Below are positions 53,080-63,346 of a stretch of DNA of 64,000 bases, in pieces (positions within the stretch are counted from its first letter, which is position 1; every line of letters begins with the position of its first letter). The stretch lies in NCBI GenBank assembly GCA_963815195.1, contig CAWFGE010000008.1, positions 96,001-160,000 of the forward strand, written 5' to 3'. The notes beneath the pieces are model-generated. The model made no database searches, was not told where the DNA came from, and saw only the letters and a list, made by a program, of their open reading frames with translations. The position numbers and the translations under genes were made by a program. This DNA is from an uncultured Planctomycetaceae bacterium. GTDB taxonomy: Bacteria; Planctomycetota; Planctomycetia; Planctomycetales; Planctomycetaceae.

Positions 53080-54123
53080 ATGTCGAAACCCAACCCCGAA
53101 CTTCTCCTGGCAATCGAATCTTCCTGCGATGAGACCGCGGCGGCGGTGATCGATCGCGAGCGGAAGGTGCTCTCCAATGTGGTCGCATCACAATCGGAAC
53201 TGCATGAAAAGTTCGGGGGCGTGGTGCCGGAAATTGCGTCCCGGGCCCATGTGCAGCGGATTTTGCCGGTGATTGACGAGGCCTTGGGACAAGCGGGCGT
53301 GGCTTTAAAAGATCTCGATGCCGTCGCAGTCGCGGTGGAGCCGGGGTTGGTGGGGTCGCTGTTGGTCGGACTCACGGCCGCGAAGACATTGGCTCTGACG
53401 CTCGACATTCCGCTGGTCGCGGTCAATCACATCGAAGCCCACATCTACGCCTGCCAAATGGCGAGTGAGCGCGACATCTTTCCTGCGGTGGGCCTGGTCG
53501 TCAGTGGCGGGCATTCCAATTTGTACGATTGCCGATCCCCGGTGGAGTTCGAACTGTTGGGGGCGACGATCGACGATGCCGCGGGCGAAGCCTTCGACAA
53601 GGTCGCGCAGATTCTGGGACTGCCATATCCGGGCGGGCCGTCGGTGCAGAAAGCCGCCGAGGCCGGCAATCCGAAGGCCTTCGCGTTTCCGCGGACCTTC
53701 TTGAAGGACGACCGGCTCCAGTTCAGCTTCAGTGGCATCAAGACCGCGGTGCTTTATGAAGTCACCGGCGTCCCCGGTTCGCATGCTCCGCCGGCCCCGC
53801 CTTTGACGGAACAGCGGGTGGCGGACATCGCGGCGAGTTTTCAGGAAGCGGTCGCGGACGTGCTCGTCGCCAAATGCCGGCAGGCGCTTCGGCAACGAGA
53901 TCGCAAAACGCTCTGCGTGGGCGGAGGCGTCGCGGCCAACGCCCGGCTGCGGGAAAAGCTCAACGAGCTCGCGGCCGAGGAGCAGATCGATCTGATCGTG
54001 GCCCCCTTGGCCTATTGCACCGACAACGCCGCGATGGGCGCGATCGCCTGGGAACGCCTGGAGGCCGGGCTCATCGCCGATTTGATGCTGGACGTCACCC
54101 CGGGACTGGTGCGGATGCCCTGA
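53080..54123 (+). CDS. tsaD: tRNA N6-adenosine threonylcarbamoyltransferase
   Basis: [41 protein letters not shown] and CTDNAAM motifs. Confidence 0.97.
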   Translation: MSKPNPELLLAIESSCDETAAAVIDRERKVLSNVVASQSELHEKFGGVVPEIASRAHVQRILPVIDEALGQAGVALKDLDAVAVAVEPGLVGSLLVGLTAAKTLALTLDIPLVAVNHIEAHIYACQMASERDIFPAVGLVVSGGHSNLYDCRSPVEFELLGATIDDAAGEAFDKVAQILGLPYPGGPSVQKAAEAGNPKAFAFPRTFLKDDRLQFSFSGIKTAVLYEVTGVPGSHAPPAPPLTEQRVADIAASFQEAVADVLVAKCRQALRQRDRKTLCVGGGVAANARLREKLNELAAEEQIDLIVAPLAYCTDNAAMGAIAWERLEAGLIADLMLDVTPGLVRMP

Positions 54124-54135
54124 CGTCGAGCGGAA

Positions 54136-54825
54136 TCAATCGTCCCGCAAGAAACCGCTCAGGCGGAAGATGTAATACAGCAGCGTGAGCAACGATTGCA
54201 GCGTCGCGGCCACGTAGGTCCAGCCCGCCGCGTTCAGCACGTTGCGAACCGCGGCGGCTCCTTGCTCATCGACGATCTGATACTCCGAAAGTATTCGCTT
54301 GGCCCGGTTGCTCGCATCAAACTCCACCGGCAGGTTGATGACCTGAAACACGACCAGGCAGCCATACGCGATCAGCCCCAGAACGATCAATTTCGGGCTG
54401 GAGAAGAGGAAGCCCAAAATCACCAACACGAAAAACGCCATCGGGCCGAACTGCGCCGCGGGCACTGCCAGGTTGCGGGCGACGAGCGGGGCGTAATGTT
54501 TCGCGTGCTGAATCGCGTGTCCCGCTTCGTGGGCGGCAATTCCCACCGCCGCCGCCGAGCGGTTGTGATAGACCTCGCTGCTGAGCCTGAGCACCCGGTG
54601 CCGCGGGTCATAATGGTCGCTGAGCATCCCGTGCGTTTCCTCGATCTCCACGTCCTGGAGTCCCGCCTGATCGAGGATGTACCGAGCCGCCGCCGCTCCG
54701 GAGAGCCGGGCGTCGATCCGCTGCCCCTGGGCGTACGCGCGGCGGATTCGCCATTGCGCCCAGCCCATCAACAGCAGCGCCGGCGCGATGAACACGAAAT
54801 ACATCGGATCCCACCAAAGAAACAT
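54136..54825 (-). CDS. Neutral zinc metallopeptidase (YugP-like)
   Basis: LSDHYDP, AAHEAGHAIQ, LPVEFDASNRA and TYVAA motifs. Confidence 0.92.
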   Translation of the reverse strand: MFLWWDPMYFVFIAPALLLMGWAQWRIRRAYAQGQRIDARLSGAAAARYILDQAGLQDVEIEETHGMLSDHYDPRHRVLRLSSEVYHNRSAAAVGIAAHEAGHAIQHAKHYAPLVARNLAVPAAQFGPMAFFVLVILGFLFSSPKLIVLGLIAYGCLVVFQVINLPVEFDASNRAKRILSEYQIVDEQGAAAVRNVLNAAGWTYVAATLQSLLTLLYYIFRLSGFLRDD

Positions 54826-55137
54826 CGTCGCTCGTCCTTATCCAAATGCAAAAGTGAGGAACTAATGAATCCTACGCCAAATTCGTGAAAGCTGTTGGGA
54901 CGGGGAGTCCCGGCGCGTTCCATTTTAGCAAACGACCCGGCAAGGGAATCGGATCATAGCATTTTGGAAAGAAGGCCGGGAACGGTTTTCGGAAATAGTC
55001 GGGAAGAAACGGGTGTTTTTTATCGCCGGGGGACTTAGAATAACCGGGAGAGCAAAACTCAGGCCGGAGGACTCTTTTGCTGCGGGAATTGTCCGGTGGA
55101 TTCTGAGGGGCAGCAACATATTGGGGGGAACCATTTG

Positions 55138-55860
55138 ATGAGTCAGGCCGCCCGCGGTCTCAAACAAATCCACGAGCTCAACATTCAACTGCGGAGCGTG
55201 GAGGAACGCCTGGAGCGCGGCCCGAAACGCATCCAGACGCGCGAACAACTGGTCGAAAGGAAAACGCAGGAAGTCCAGGCCGCCGAAAAAAAACTGACCG
55301 ATTTGAAGCTCGTCGCCAAGGAAAAGAACTCAGAGCTTCAGGCCAAGGAGGGGAAGATTGCCGATTTGACCGCCAAGCTGAACGCCGCGACGACGAACAT
55401 CGAATACGACACGCTCCGCCGGCAGATCGAAGCCGACACCGCCGCCAACGAAGTCCTGGAGATGGAAATCCTCGAATCGCTGGAGCGGGTCGATCAGCAA
55501 CAGATCGCCATCAAGAACATCAAGCAGGAATTGGAGCGGACCAAGAAGGAACTGGAAAAGGTGCAGGCTGAGGTCGCCGCCGAGGAACCGGGCCTCACCA
55601 CTCGGGCCGAGGAACTGGGCGGCCGCTTGAACGTGGCCGAGCGGGAGCTGCCCGGCGAAGTTCTGGAGCGCTACCGCCGGCTGGTGAAAAATCACGGAGC
55701 CGACGCGTTGGCGGTCGTGGAGAACAAATCGTGCGCCGCCTGCCACACCAAGCTCTCGCCGCAGGATGTGGTCAACGTCAACACCGGCAAGTTCTTCTTC
55801 TGCCGCGCCTGCGGCCGCCTGCTTTACCGGGCCGGCGGGGAAGTCGCTGATGATGACTAA
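55138..55860 (+). CDS. Coiled-coil protein with C4 zinc ribbon (DUF164/zf-RING_7)
   Basis: Long coiled coil; CAACH...CRACGRLLY. Confidence 0.88.
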   Translation: MSQAARGLKQIHELNIQLRSVEERLERGPKRIQTREQLVERKTQEVQAAEKKLTDLKLVAKEKNSELQAKEGKIADLTAKLNAATTNIEYDTLRRQIEADTAANEVLEMEILESLERVDQQQIAIKNIKQELERTKKELEKVQAEVAAEEPGLTTRAEELGGRLNVAERELPGEVLERYRRLVKNHGADALAVVENKSCAACHTKLSPQDVVNVNTGKFFFCRACGRLLYRAGGEVADDD

Positions 55861-55980
55861 GGATCGTTCGAGAAATAAGTGTCCTCTATTTTGTGAGCGG
55901 CACGGCGCTAGCCGCCGGCTTTTCACGTTCCACCAACCGGTGGCTAGCGCCATTCCGCTCAGTTATTTCTCGAATGATCC
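55861..55980. mobile_element. 120-bp MITE, copy 2 (inverted relative to copy 1)
   Basis: Same TIRs; flanks TAA / TGA. Confidence 0.85.
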
Positions 55981-56068
55981 TGATCCCAATGACCGACCGA
56001 AGTAGGGGACATCGGGAGAAGGGGAGGTCGGTGCGACTCGCTGATAAAGCCCAGCCAAAGGAACACCC

Positions 56069-56719
56069 ATGCCGCATGTGACCGAGATCGGGCATCCGTT
56101 GGTTCGGCATCATTTGAGCCGGCTGCGGGACGCCGGCACCCCGACGGCGGAGTTTCGCCAACTCGTCGGCCGGCTGGCGGTGCTGTTGGCGTATGAGGCG
56201 ACCGAGGATCTGGAACTGGGAAACGTCTCGGTGCAGACGCCGCTGACCGTGACCGAGGGCCGGCAATTGACGCAGCGAATCGGCCTGGTGCCCATCCTGC
56301 GGGCGGGCCTGGGCATGGTCGATCCGGTCTTAAACCTCCTGCCGGGGGCGGAAGTCTGGCACCTGGGCCTCTACCGCGATGAGGCCACCGCCCGGCCGGT
56401 CGAATACTACAGCAAACTCCCGCCGCGAAACCCCGTGGACGTGGCGTTCGTTCTGGACCCGATGCTCGCCACCGGCGGCTCGATCTCCGCGGCCCTCGAA
56501 ACCCTCCACATCTGGGGCGTCCCGCAAACAAAAGTCCTCAGCCTGATCGCCGCCCCCGAAGGCATCAAAGCCGTCCAATCCCGCTTCCCCAAAACGCAAA
56601 TCTTCGTGTGCTCGATCGACGAGAAGCTCAACAGCAAAAAATTCATCGTCCCCGGCCTGGGGGACGCGGGGGATCGGATTTTCAACACGCATCCGCCCGC
56701 AGATCATCCGGCCGAATAG
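56069..56719 (+). CDS. upp: Uracil phosphoribosyltransferase
   Basis: VPILRAGLGM, DPMLATGGS and IVPGLGDAGDR motifs. Confidence 0.97.
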   Translation: MPHVTEIGHPLVRHHLSRLRDAGTPTAEFRQLVGRLAVLLAYEATEDLELGNVSVQTPLTVTEGRQLTQRIGLVPILRAGLGMVDPVLNLLPGAEVWHLGLYRDEATARPVEYYSKLPPRNPVDVAFVLDPMLATGGSISAALETLHIWGVPQTKVLSLIAAPEGIKAVQSRFPKTQIFVCSIDEKLNSKKFIVPGLGDAGDRIFNTHPPADHPAE

Positions 56720-56737
56720 ACGTAGGATGCGGCGGGG

Positions 56738-56942
56738 TGGCACTGGCAAAAAGGCGTGAAACGGATGGACTGTGTGTGCCACTGGCGCTGCCAGTGCGTT
56801 TTTGAGACAATCGTTGAGACGAAGCTCGGCTGGGATCGTGTTCTGCCTCGGAGACAACGTCTGCTGTTGTTGGGAACAAGAAATCAACAAGCCTTACTCG
56901 CACGAACACTTCACCGAGGCACTGCCAGAGCCAGTGGCACAC
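56738..56942. repeat. REP-like palindromes (GTGGCACTGGC / GCCAGTGGCACAC family)
   Basis: Copies near 56738, 56773 and 56918. Confidence 0.65.
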
Positions 56943-57057
56943 AAGCGACCTCGAGATGACCCCGAATTCCCCGTTGCCAAGAACTTTCAAAAGGTGATGA
57001 TCAAGCAGGAAGGGAATGCGCGAATTGCCATCTCCAAAAAGATTCGATCGTTGTTGA

Positions 57058-57870
57058 ATGAATCAAAGTCTGAAGACGAGAAATGTTGAGGAAGTAGCAT
57101 CTATGAAAATCCCCTGTGACAAGCAACTCTTAAAGTTGTTGCGACGTGTGAGTGCGAGCCACTTGCGGTCTTGCGTGTTGTCGTCATCCGTGGCAAAACT
57201 CAAGCATCCAGACGATGTGCCCGACTCTTGGAAGGCCGCGCTGGAACGGCAGGCGGAGGGGGTGGAGCCAGAATGGCGCTGCATATGGAGAGATTTCCTC
57301 GACCTCGTTCCGTCGATTGCCACCTTCCTCAAAACGATGTGCCTAGGAGTCCGGGTCCTGGAATGTCCCAAAAAAAGCCCGTCTTTGATCTATCTACGAG
57401 CCTTTGAGACGGATGGCCAAGTCGAGTTCAGTTTCATGTTAGGCGGTGCTCCGATGCCGATTACGCAACTCACCCACACAGCCCGAGAGCGATTCGAGTT
57501 GTTACCCGATGAACTGCAGGACTTCTACTTAAACGTGCACGACGGTTTTGGTTCGGCACGATGGATGGATGGGATCTCCCAAGTCGAGTCGCTTCAATTC
57601 CTCAGTGATGAACTCAACGAGGACGAGTGGGCTGGCCCCGGTAAGAAGCCGTTTCGACTACAAGATGTTTTGATGGTTGCATCGACGTCGGATGGCGACG
57701 GAATCGGGTTGAACGTCGCCAAGCGATCGGGACGGCAAGACCCCTTGGCGGTTTATTGGAAACACGACTATCGCCCGCTGTGCCGTGCCGGGCTGAATCT
57801 CTGGGAGGAACTCGACAAGCGTTTCACCTTCGAAGGGTATATCACGCGATCCGGTGACTCTTTTCCCTAA
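57058..57870 (+). CDS. Hypothetical protein, SMI1/KNR4 (SUKH)-like
   Basis: LPDELQDFY...DGFG and DGDGIGL...VYWKHD resemble the SUKH core. Confidence 0.55.
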   Translation: MNQSLKTRNVEEVASMKIPCDKQLLKLLRRVSASHLRSCVLSSSVAKLKHPDDVPDSWKAALERQAEGVEPEWRCIWRDFLDLVPSIATFLKTMCLGVRVLECPKKSPSLIYLRAFETDGQVEFSFMLGGAPMPITQLTHTARERFELLPDELQDFYLNVHDGFGSARWMDGISQVESLQFLSDELNEDEWAGPGKKPFRLQDVLMVASTSDGDGIGLNVAKRSGRQDPLAVYWKHDYRPLCRAGLNLWEELDKRFTFEGYITRSGDSFP

Positions 57871-58243
57871 ATATCGGCGGCGGGGTGGCTGGGGTCAGTT
57901 TGTCGCGAATGGCTTGGAATGGAGAAAACGTTGATTCGACAAACTGCCCCCAGTGGCGGGGGGTTTGCTCGTCTGGGGGCAGCCTGCCGATGCCGGTGCC
58001 TCGGGATTGAATGCGGCTTGCGGCAGCCTGACCCCAGCCACCGCGGCCGCAGTCCGGAATCGCGGGAATATACTTGGCCCAGCTTGCACGAACAGGAGAG
58101 GATTGCATTGGTCATTGGGATTTGGTCATGGGTCATTCGGATTTCCCCGGCCCTTGACCCTGTTGGTCGCGGCGTGGGTATAATTGAATGAAACCAACTG
58201 CCGTTTGCCTCGTCTTGATGCCCCAACGATTGGCCTCTTGTTG

Positions 58244-60084
58244 ATGACCGTCCCGCCTGGTTACCACGGCCGCTATTTGCGGATCGATCTTACGACCGAA
58301 ACGCACGCCGCCGTTCCTATTCCCCCGGAGGTGCTGCGGGCGTTCCTCGGCGGCAGCGGGTTGGGGACTTGGATTCTGCACCGGGAATCGGAGGACCATC
58401 AGGATCCGTTTTCGCCCGCGGTCCCCTTGGTGTTCGTGTTCAGCCCGCTGGTGGGCAGCGCATTGACGACCTCCGCGAAGTTCGCGGTGCTGGGGCAGTC
58501 GCCGCTCACGGGGCGGATCAACGATTCGCTGTCCTCGTCGCATTTCGCGATCGCCGGGAAGAAGACCGGCTACGATGCGCTGGTCATCGTCGGCCAATCC
58601 GCGCAGCCGACGTGTTTGGTTGTGGAACCGGAATGTGTCGCGTTTCCCGAAGCGAACGGGCTCTGGGGCCAAACGATCCCGGCCGCACAACAGGAATTGG
58701 CCCGGCGGTTGGGGGCGGATTTTCGCTCGGCGGTGATCGGGCCGGCGGGGGAGAATCGGGTGCGGTTCGCGACGATCTCCCACGAAGGCCGGCACGCCGG
58801 GAGAGGCGGACTCGGCGCGGTGATGGGATCCAAACGGCTCAAAGCGGTCGCGGTGCGGGGCGATCGGCTGCCGAGGTTCGCTCATCCCGCACGGTTGGCG
58901 GAGTACAGCAAGCAGCTTTCGCGGAGATCCTTGGGGCTGGCGACGGCGAAGTACCGGGAACTGGGCACGGTCGCGAACTTGCTCGTCTTCAACCGCCTGG
59001 GCACGCTACCCACGCGGAATTTCCAAAGCGGCACCTTCGCCGAGGCCCAGGCCATCGCCCCCGAAACGCTCAATCAAACTTTGACGAAAACTCGCTCCTC
59101 GTGTGCCGCGTGCACCATCGGCTGCGAGCACATCTATCAAGTGTCCAAAAGAAATGGCGAAACCGCACCGCGGGTGCGGATGGAATACGAAAATCTGTTC
59201 GCGCTGGGGCCCACTCTGCGGGATCGGTGATCCGGAGGTCGTGCTCAGGGCGTCGAGCTCTTTGCGATGAGTTGGGGCTGGACACGATCAGCACGGGAGC
59301 CACGATCGCCTTCGCGATGGAATGTGCCGAGCGCGGTTTGATCGACGCCCCGGAGCTGCGGTTCGGGAATGCGGACGTGCTCTTGCCGATGTTGCACGAC
59401 ATCAGCGCGAAACGCGGCTGGGGGGAATTGCTCTCGCAGGGCAGCCGGATCGCCGCCGAGGAAATCGGCCAGGGATCCGGCGATTTCGCCCCGCACGTCA
59501 AGGGCTTGGAAATCCCCGGCTACGAGCCGCGGGCTTTGCAGACGATGGCCCTCGGTCTGGCGGTCAGCACCCGCGGGGCGGACCACAACCGCTCCGGGGC
59601 TTATGAAGCGGATTTTTCGGAGCGGGTCGATCGGCTCAACCTGGGGCCGGGCGCGGTCTCGGCGGCGATCGCCAGCGAAAACGAAGCCGCGATCATGGAT
59701 TCGTTGATCCTCTGCAAATTCCTCCGCGGCGTGTTCGACGACCGATTGGCGGGCATGGCGGAGATGCTCGAACTCGTCACCGGCTGGCCGACGGACCGGG
59801 ACGATCTGGTTCGCACCGCGGAGCGAATCGTCGCCGCGAAGAAGTGGTACAACATTCGCCAGGGCTGGTCGCCGGACGAAGACACGCTGCCCCGGCGGTT
59901 TCTCTCGGAACACCTGCCGGACGGGGCCAGCCGGGGCGCGGCATTGACGGGCGAAACGCTCCACGCCATGATTGAACTGTACAACAAACAGCGCGGCTGG
60001 ACGGCCGAGGGCTGGTTGCCGGGTGATCTGTTGGAGGAATTGGAACAATGGCTTGCAGTGACGTGCGAGGTCGCCGCGAATTGA
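58244..60084 (+). CDS. Aldehyde:ferredoxin oxidoreductase, with two frameshifts at ~59210-59260
   Basis: SPLTG, IGPAGEN, GRGGLGAVMGSKRLKA, CAACTIGC, EYE, CDELGLDTIS and RGADH motifs. Confidence 0.88.
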
Positions 60085-60201
60085 GATTTGGCTCAAGTTT
60101 TTTTCCGAAATTTCGTTAGATTTTGATGGGACTCGCGTCTCTATGGATGGCGAGTCGGAGGGAAACTCACCATCCCCACTCCCAGCTTGAGATCGTCTTC
60201 C

Positions 60202-61020
60202 ATGAACATGACATCGCAACCTCTTTTCACGAAGCAACTTGCGCGGGCATCTGTCTTTTGGATCGGTTTGGTCCTCGTGGCGGGCTGCCAGTCCCAAACG
60301 CCCGATGAGACGGCCTACAAGTCGGCGAGTCCGCCGAAAAAGTCGGCCGTGAAACCGGCCCCGCCCAAAAAACCGAAACCGGCCGAGACGGTCAAGATCG
60401 AAAAACCCGGCCCCACCAAGCCGGAACCTGAATTGCCCCCGACCCCGCCTTCGACGCAAGAGCTTGCTGTCAAAGAGCTTGAGAAGCGCGGCGGGAAGGC
60501 GGAGTTCAACAGGAACGGGGACGTGGACAAAGTGATTTGGCAGTTTGCCGAGATCACTGACGACGATTTGATCATCCTGCAGAAGTTCGAATTCCTCGAT
60601 ACGTTGGATTTGACCGGAACTCCCATTACCGATGCGGGTTTAAAGCATTTACGGGGCCTCAATTGGCTCCGCTATCTGCATTTGGCGGGAACCGCCGTGA
60701 CGGATGCGGGGATGGAGGAATTGAAGTCCCAAGGCCATCACCGGTTGGAATGGCTGTGTGTGGATGACACCAAAGTCACCGATAAAGGCGTGAAACCTTT
60801 AGAAGCCTTCGAGCGGCTGGTGATGCTGCACCTGGCAACGCAGGGTGGCATCACGGATGCTTGCATCGATTCGCTCGTCAAACTCCCCGAATTGCGGGAA
60901 GTCAAGCTGGAAGGCACGAAAGTCACCGAAGACGGCATCGCCCGGCTCAAGAAAGCCAATCCTCAAATTGAATTGATCGGCGGACCGGACGCCGGCATCC
61001 CGCCCGATGCCGGCAATTAA
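60202..61020 (+). CDS. Leucine-rich-repeat lipoprotein
   Basis: Lipobox LVAGC, Pro/Lys linker and LDLTGTPITDAGL repeats. Confidence 0.88.
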   Translation: MNMTSQPLFTKQLARASVFWIGLVLVAGCQSQTPDETAYKSASPPKKSAVKPAPPKKPKPAETVKIEKPGPTKPEPELPPTPPSTQELAVKELEKRGGKAEFNRNGDVDKVIWQFAEITDDDLIILQKFEFLDTLDLTGTPITDAGLKHLRGLNWLRYLHLAGTAVTDAGMEELKSQGHHRLEWLCVDDTKVTDKGVKPLEAFERLVMLHLATQGGITDACIDSLVKLPELREVKLEGTKVTEDGIARLKKANPQIELIGGPDAGIPPDAGN

Positions 61021-61292
61021 AAATCCGCTGATATGTGCTGGCAATCGGCACATAAGTTGCTTAGAATGGTTGTAGGGATCGATGCGTCCATGCTCCCTCG
61101 GAACTTTTGAGAAGGAACAGGCGTCAAACCAATACGAGAAGCCATGTTAAGTTGAACGATCCAGAACCCGCGTTGCCCAAAGAAAAGGCAGGGTGCGGGC
61201 GAATTGAGCTTGACGAATCGGAACATAAGGGTACTTTTATAGTGTTCCCGCGTGTGAACCAGTTTTAACACTTTTGACGGAGGCCATGACGG

Positions 61293-62333
61293 ATGCAAAA
61301 ACGAACCCCCCTGTTGCTGTTAGGGTGTGCGGTGTGGCTCACCATGACCTCCGGCTTGTTGGCGGGAGATGAGAAATTCATCGCCCCATCGTTTGAAAAG
61401 GTCCGCGATCAATCCCTCGCTTTTGCCGGCCAGAAGAATCTCCCGGCCGAGTCGCAGACCGCGATCAAAGAGGTGTGGAGCACGGTCGATGAAACCGCCA
61501 CCTCCCAGGAACTTCTGGATGCCGCGGTTCAGACCTTCTCCCTCGCGGATGCGGATATTCAGGCTTTCGTCGATGCCTGCCAGCTTAGCCTGACGCCTGC
61601 GCTGCTCCCCGAAACCAAGGTCCTCGATTCGCGGGAGAACGAGTTCGTCAACTCCAACCTGCGGCTGTACTTCGCCCGCTATCTCGCCCGGGGGCGGATG
61701 TATGACGAAGCCCTCGAGCAGTTCGGCCAGATCGATCCCCGCACCGTGATCGACCCGGCGACCTGCCTGTTCTATACCGCGGTCGCCCAGCAGCAGCTTC
61801 TCATGAAGACCGAAGGCCTGGCGACCTTGGACAATCTGATGAACAAAACCGAAGACGTGCCCGTGCGGTATTCTTCGGTGGCCAAGCTGATGCAATACGA
61901 ACTGCAAAGCCTCCGCCAGGATTCGCTCGACGAAATCGCCGCCAAGATGAAAGACGTGGAACGCCGGCTGGATTTGGGCCGGGGCGGCCGCAAGGTGCAA
62001 AAGAAAGAAGCCGAGATCATCGCCTCGTTGGACTACCTCATCGAAAAGCTCGAGCAGCAAAACTGCAATTGCAGCGGAAGCTGCCCCTGCAACGGCAACG
62101 GGAACTCCCGCACCAATCAGTCCAACAGCCCGGCGAAAGACAGCTCCATCAAAGGGGCGACCGCTCCCGGCAACTCCGACCACAAACGAGTCGCGAACCG
62201 CGGCGGATGGGGCTCGCTTCCCGACAAAGCCCAAGCCGAGGCCAAGCAGTACGTTGACAAGAACTTCCCGCCGCACTATCGCAAAATCATCGATGAATAC
62301 TACAAACGCCAGGCCGAGCGAAAAAAGAACTGA
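61293..62333 (+). CDS. Secreted hypothetical protein (TPR-like and coiled-coil)
   Basis: GGAGG RBS, signal peptide and WGSLP...FPPHYR tail. Confidence 0.8.
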   Translation: MQKRTPLLLLGCAVWLTMTSGLLAGDEKFIAPSFEKVRDQSLAFAGQKNLPAESQTAIKEVWSTVDETATSQELLDAAVQTFSLADADIQAFVDACQLSLTPALLPETKVLDSRENEFVNSNLRLYFARYLARGRMYDEALEQFGQIDPRTVIDPATCLFYTAVAQQQLLMKTEGLATLDNLMNKTEDVPVRYSSVAKLMQYELQSLRQDSLDEIAAKMKDVERRLDLGRGGRKVQKKEAEIIASLDYLIEKLEQQNCNCSGSCPCNGNGNSRTNQSNSPAKDSSIKGATAPGNSDHKRVANRGGWGSLPDKAQAEAKQYVDKNFPPHYRKIIDEYYKRQAERKKN

Positions 62334-62354
62334 TTCGGCTGAAAACACAAACAC

Positions 62355-62390
62355 AAAAAAGCCCGGCTTCCTTGGAAGCCGGGCTTTTTT
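62355..62390. terminator. Bidirectional intrinsic terminator
   Basis: aaaaaagcccggcttcc tt ggaagccgggctttttt between convergent genes. Confidence 0.9.
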
Positions 62391-62453
62391 CGGTTTGACA
62401 GACATTGTGCCCGCGCTGGGCGTTACCTCACCGAGTGATGCCCGCCAAAGTTT

Positions 62454-63047
62454 CTAAAAGCCTGCGCCGAAGCCGCCGCCTAGGCCGCCGAAGCCGCCGA
62501 AGCCTCCGAAGCCGCCCAGGCCGTTGCCGAACTGGCTGAAGCCGCGGTTGTAGGCGTGCTCGGCCTCGAAGCCTTCGAAGCCGGCGGCGAGGGCCGGGGC
62601 GACGAACACCCGCTCCTGGGCTTCTTTATAGCCCATGCCCGCGAGAGCGTCCACGATCGCTTGCCGGCGCTCTATGTCGAGGGCGTGATTGCCGTTGACC
62701 GGGTAACGGTATTTGGTGTTGGGATCGACGGCCATGTTCGACGGCTCGACGAGCACGGGGAACGGCACCTGGGGCAGCCGCTCCAGAATCCGCTTGAGGT
62801 GCTCGAGGCCCCGGTCGTTCATCGACGTGGTCTCGCCGTTCCATTCGTGCTGATAGATCACGAAGTCCGAGGCTTCGGCGTTCATTTCCATGTCCTGAAA
62901 CGCCGGGTCCACATAGGTCCCCATCGGTTTTGGATGGAAGTCGCCCATGCCCAGCATGGTCACGGACCGCGAACACCCCAGCGAGGTGCCCGCCAACAAA
63001 GCCGCCGCGGACCAGGCCGCCCACTTGGCATGCACGAAATGTTTCAT
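62454..63047 (-). CDS. Hypothetical lipoprotein with Gly/Phe-rich tail
   Basis: Lipobox SLGC and (GGF)n tail; downstream of the secretin. Confidence 0.75.
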   Translation of the reverse strand: MKHFVHAKWAAWSAAALLAGTSLGCSRSVTMLGMGDFHPKPMGTYVDPAFQDMEMNAEASDFVIYQHEWNGETTSMNDRGLEHLKRILERLPQVPFPVLVEPSNMAVDPNTKYRYPVNGNHALDIERRQAIVDALAGMGYKEAQERVFVAPALAAGFEGFEAEHAYNRGFSQFGNGLGGFGGFGGFGGLGGGFGAGF

Positions 63048-63112
63048 GGAACAAACCTTTTTTGTGAAAGGGTCAGTGGCCGGGGGTTAGAAGTTAGAAG
63101 TTTAAGGTTTGA

Positions 63113-63185
63113 AAACATTAGCCGCAGGGCGCTAGCCCCGGTTCTTCGCAAACATTAGCCGCAGGGGCTAGCCCCGGTTCTTCGC
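63113..63185. repeat. Tandem 37/36-bp REP-like repeat
   Basis: aaacattagccgcaggg(c)gctagccccggttcttcgc occurs twice. Confidence 0.8.
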
Positions 63186-63346
63186 AAATGCAAATCGGAC
63201 ACCACATATATGCTAGATTGAGTTGTGAGTCTATTTCTGGATCTATAGATAGCTCTAGGTCGATTTCATTATTTCTGTCTATATATATATAGCTCTAGGT
63301 CTATTACTTATTTGAGTGGATCATGGGGCTTACGCCCCACGCTCGC

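Noticed and set aside
58108..58140. Short GGTCATT-type repeats (also TTAGAAG near 63086)
   Set aside because: Too few and degenerate to assign meaning
63113..63185. 37-bp direct repeats as a CRISPR array
   Set aside because: Head-to-tail with no spacer
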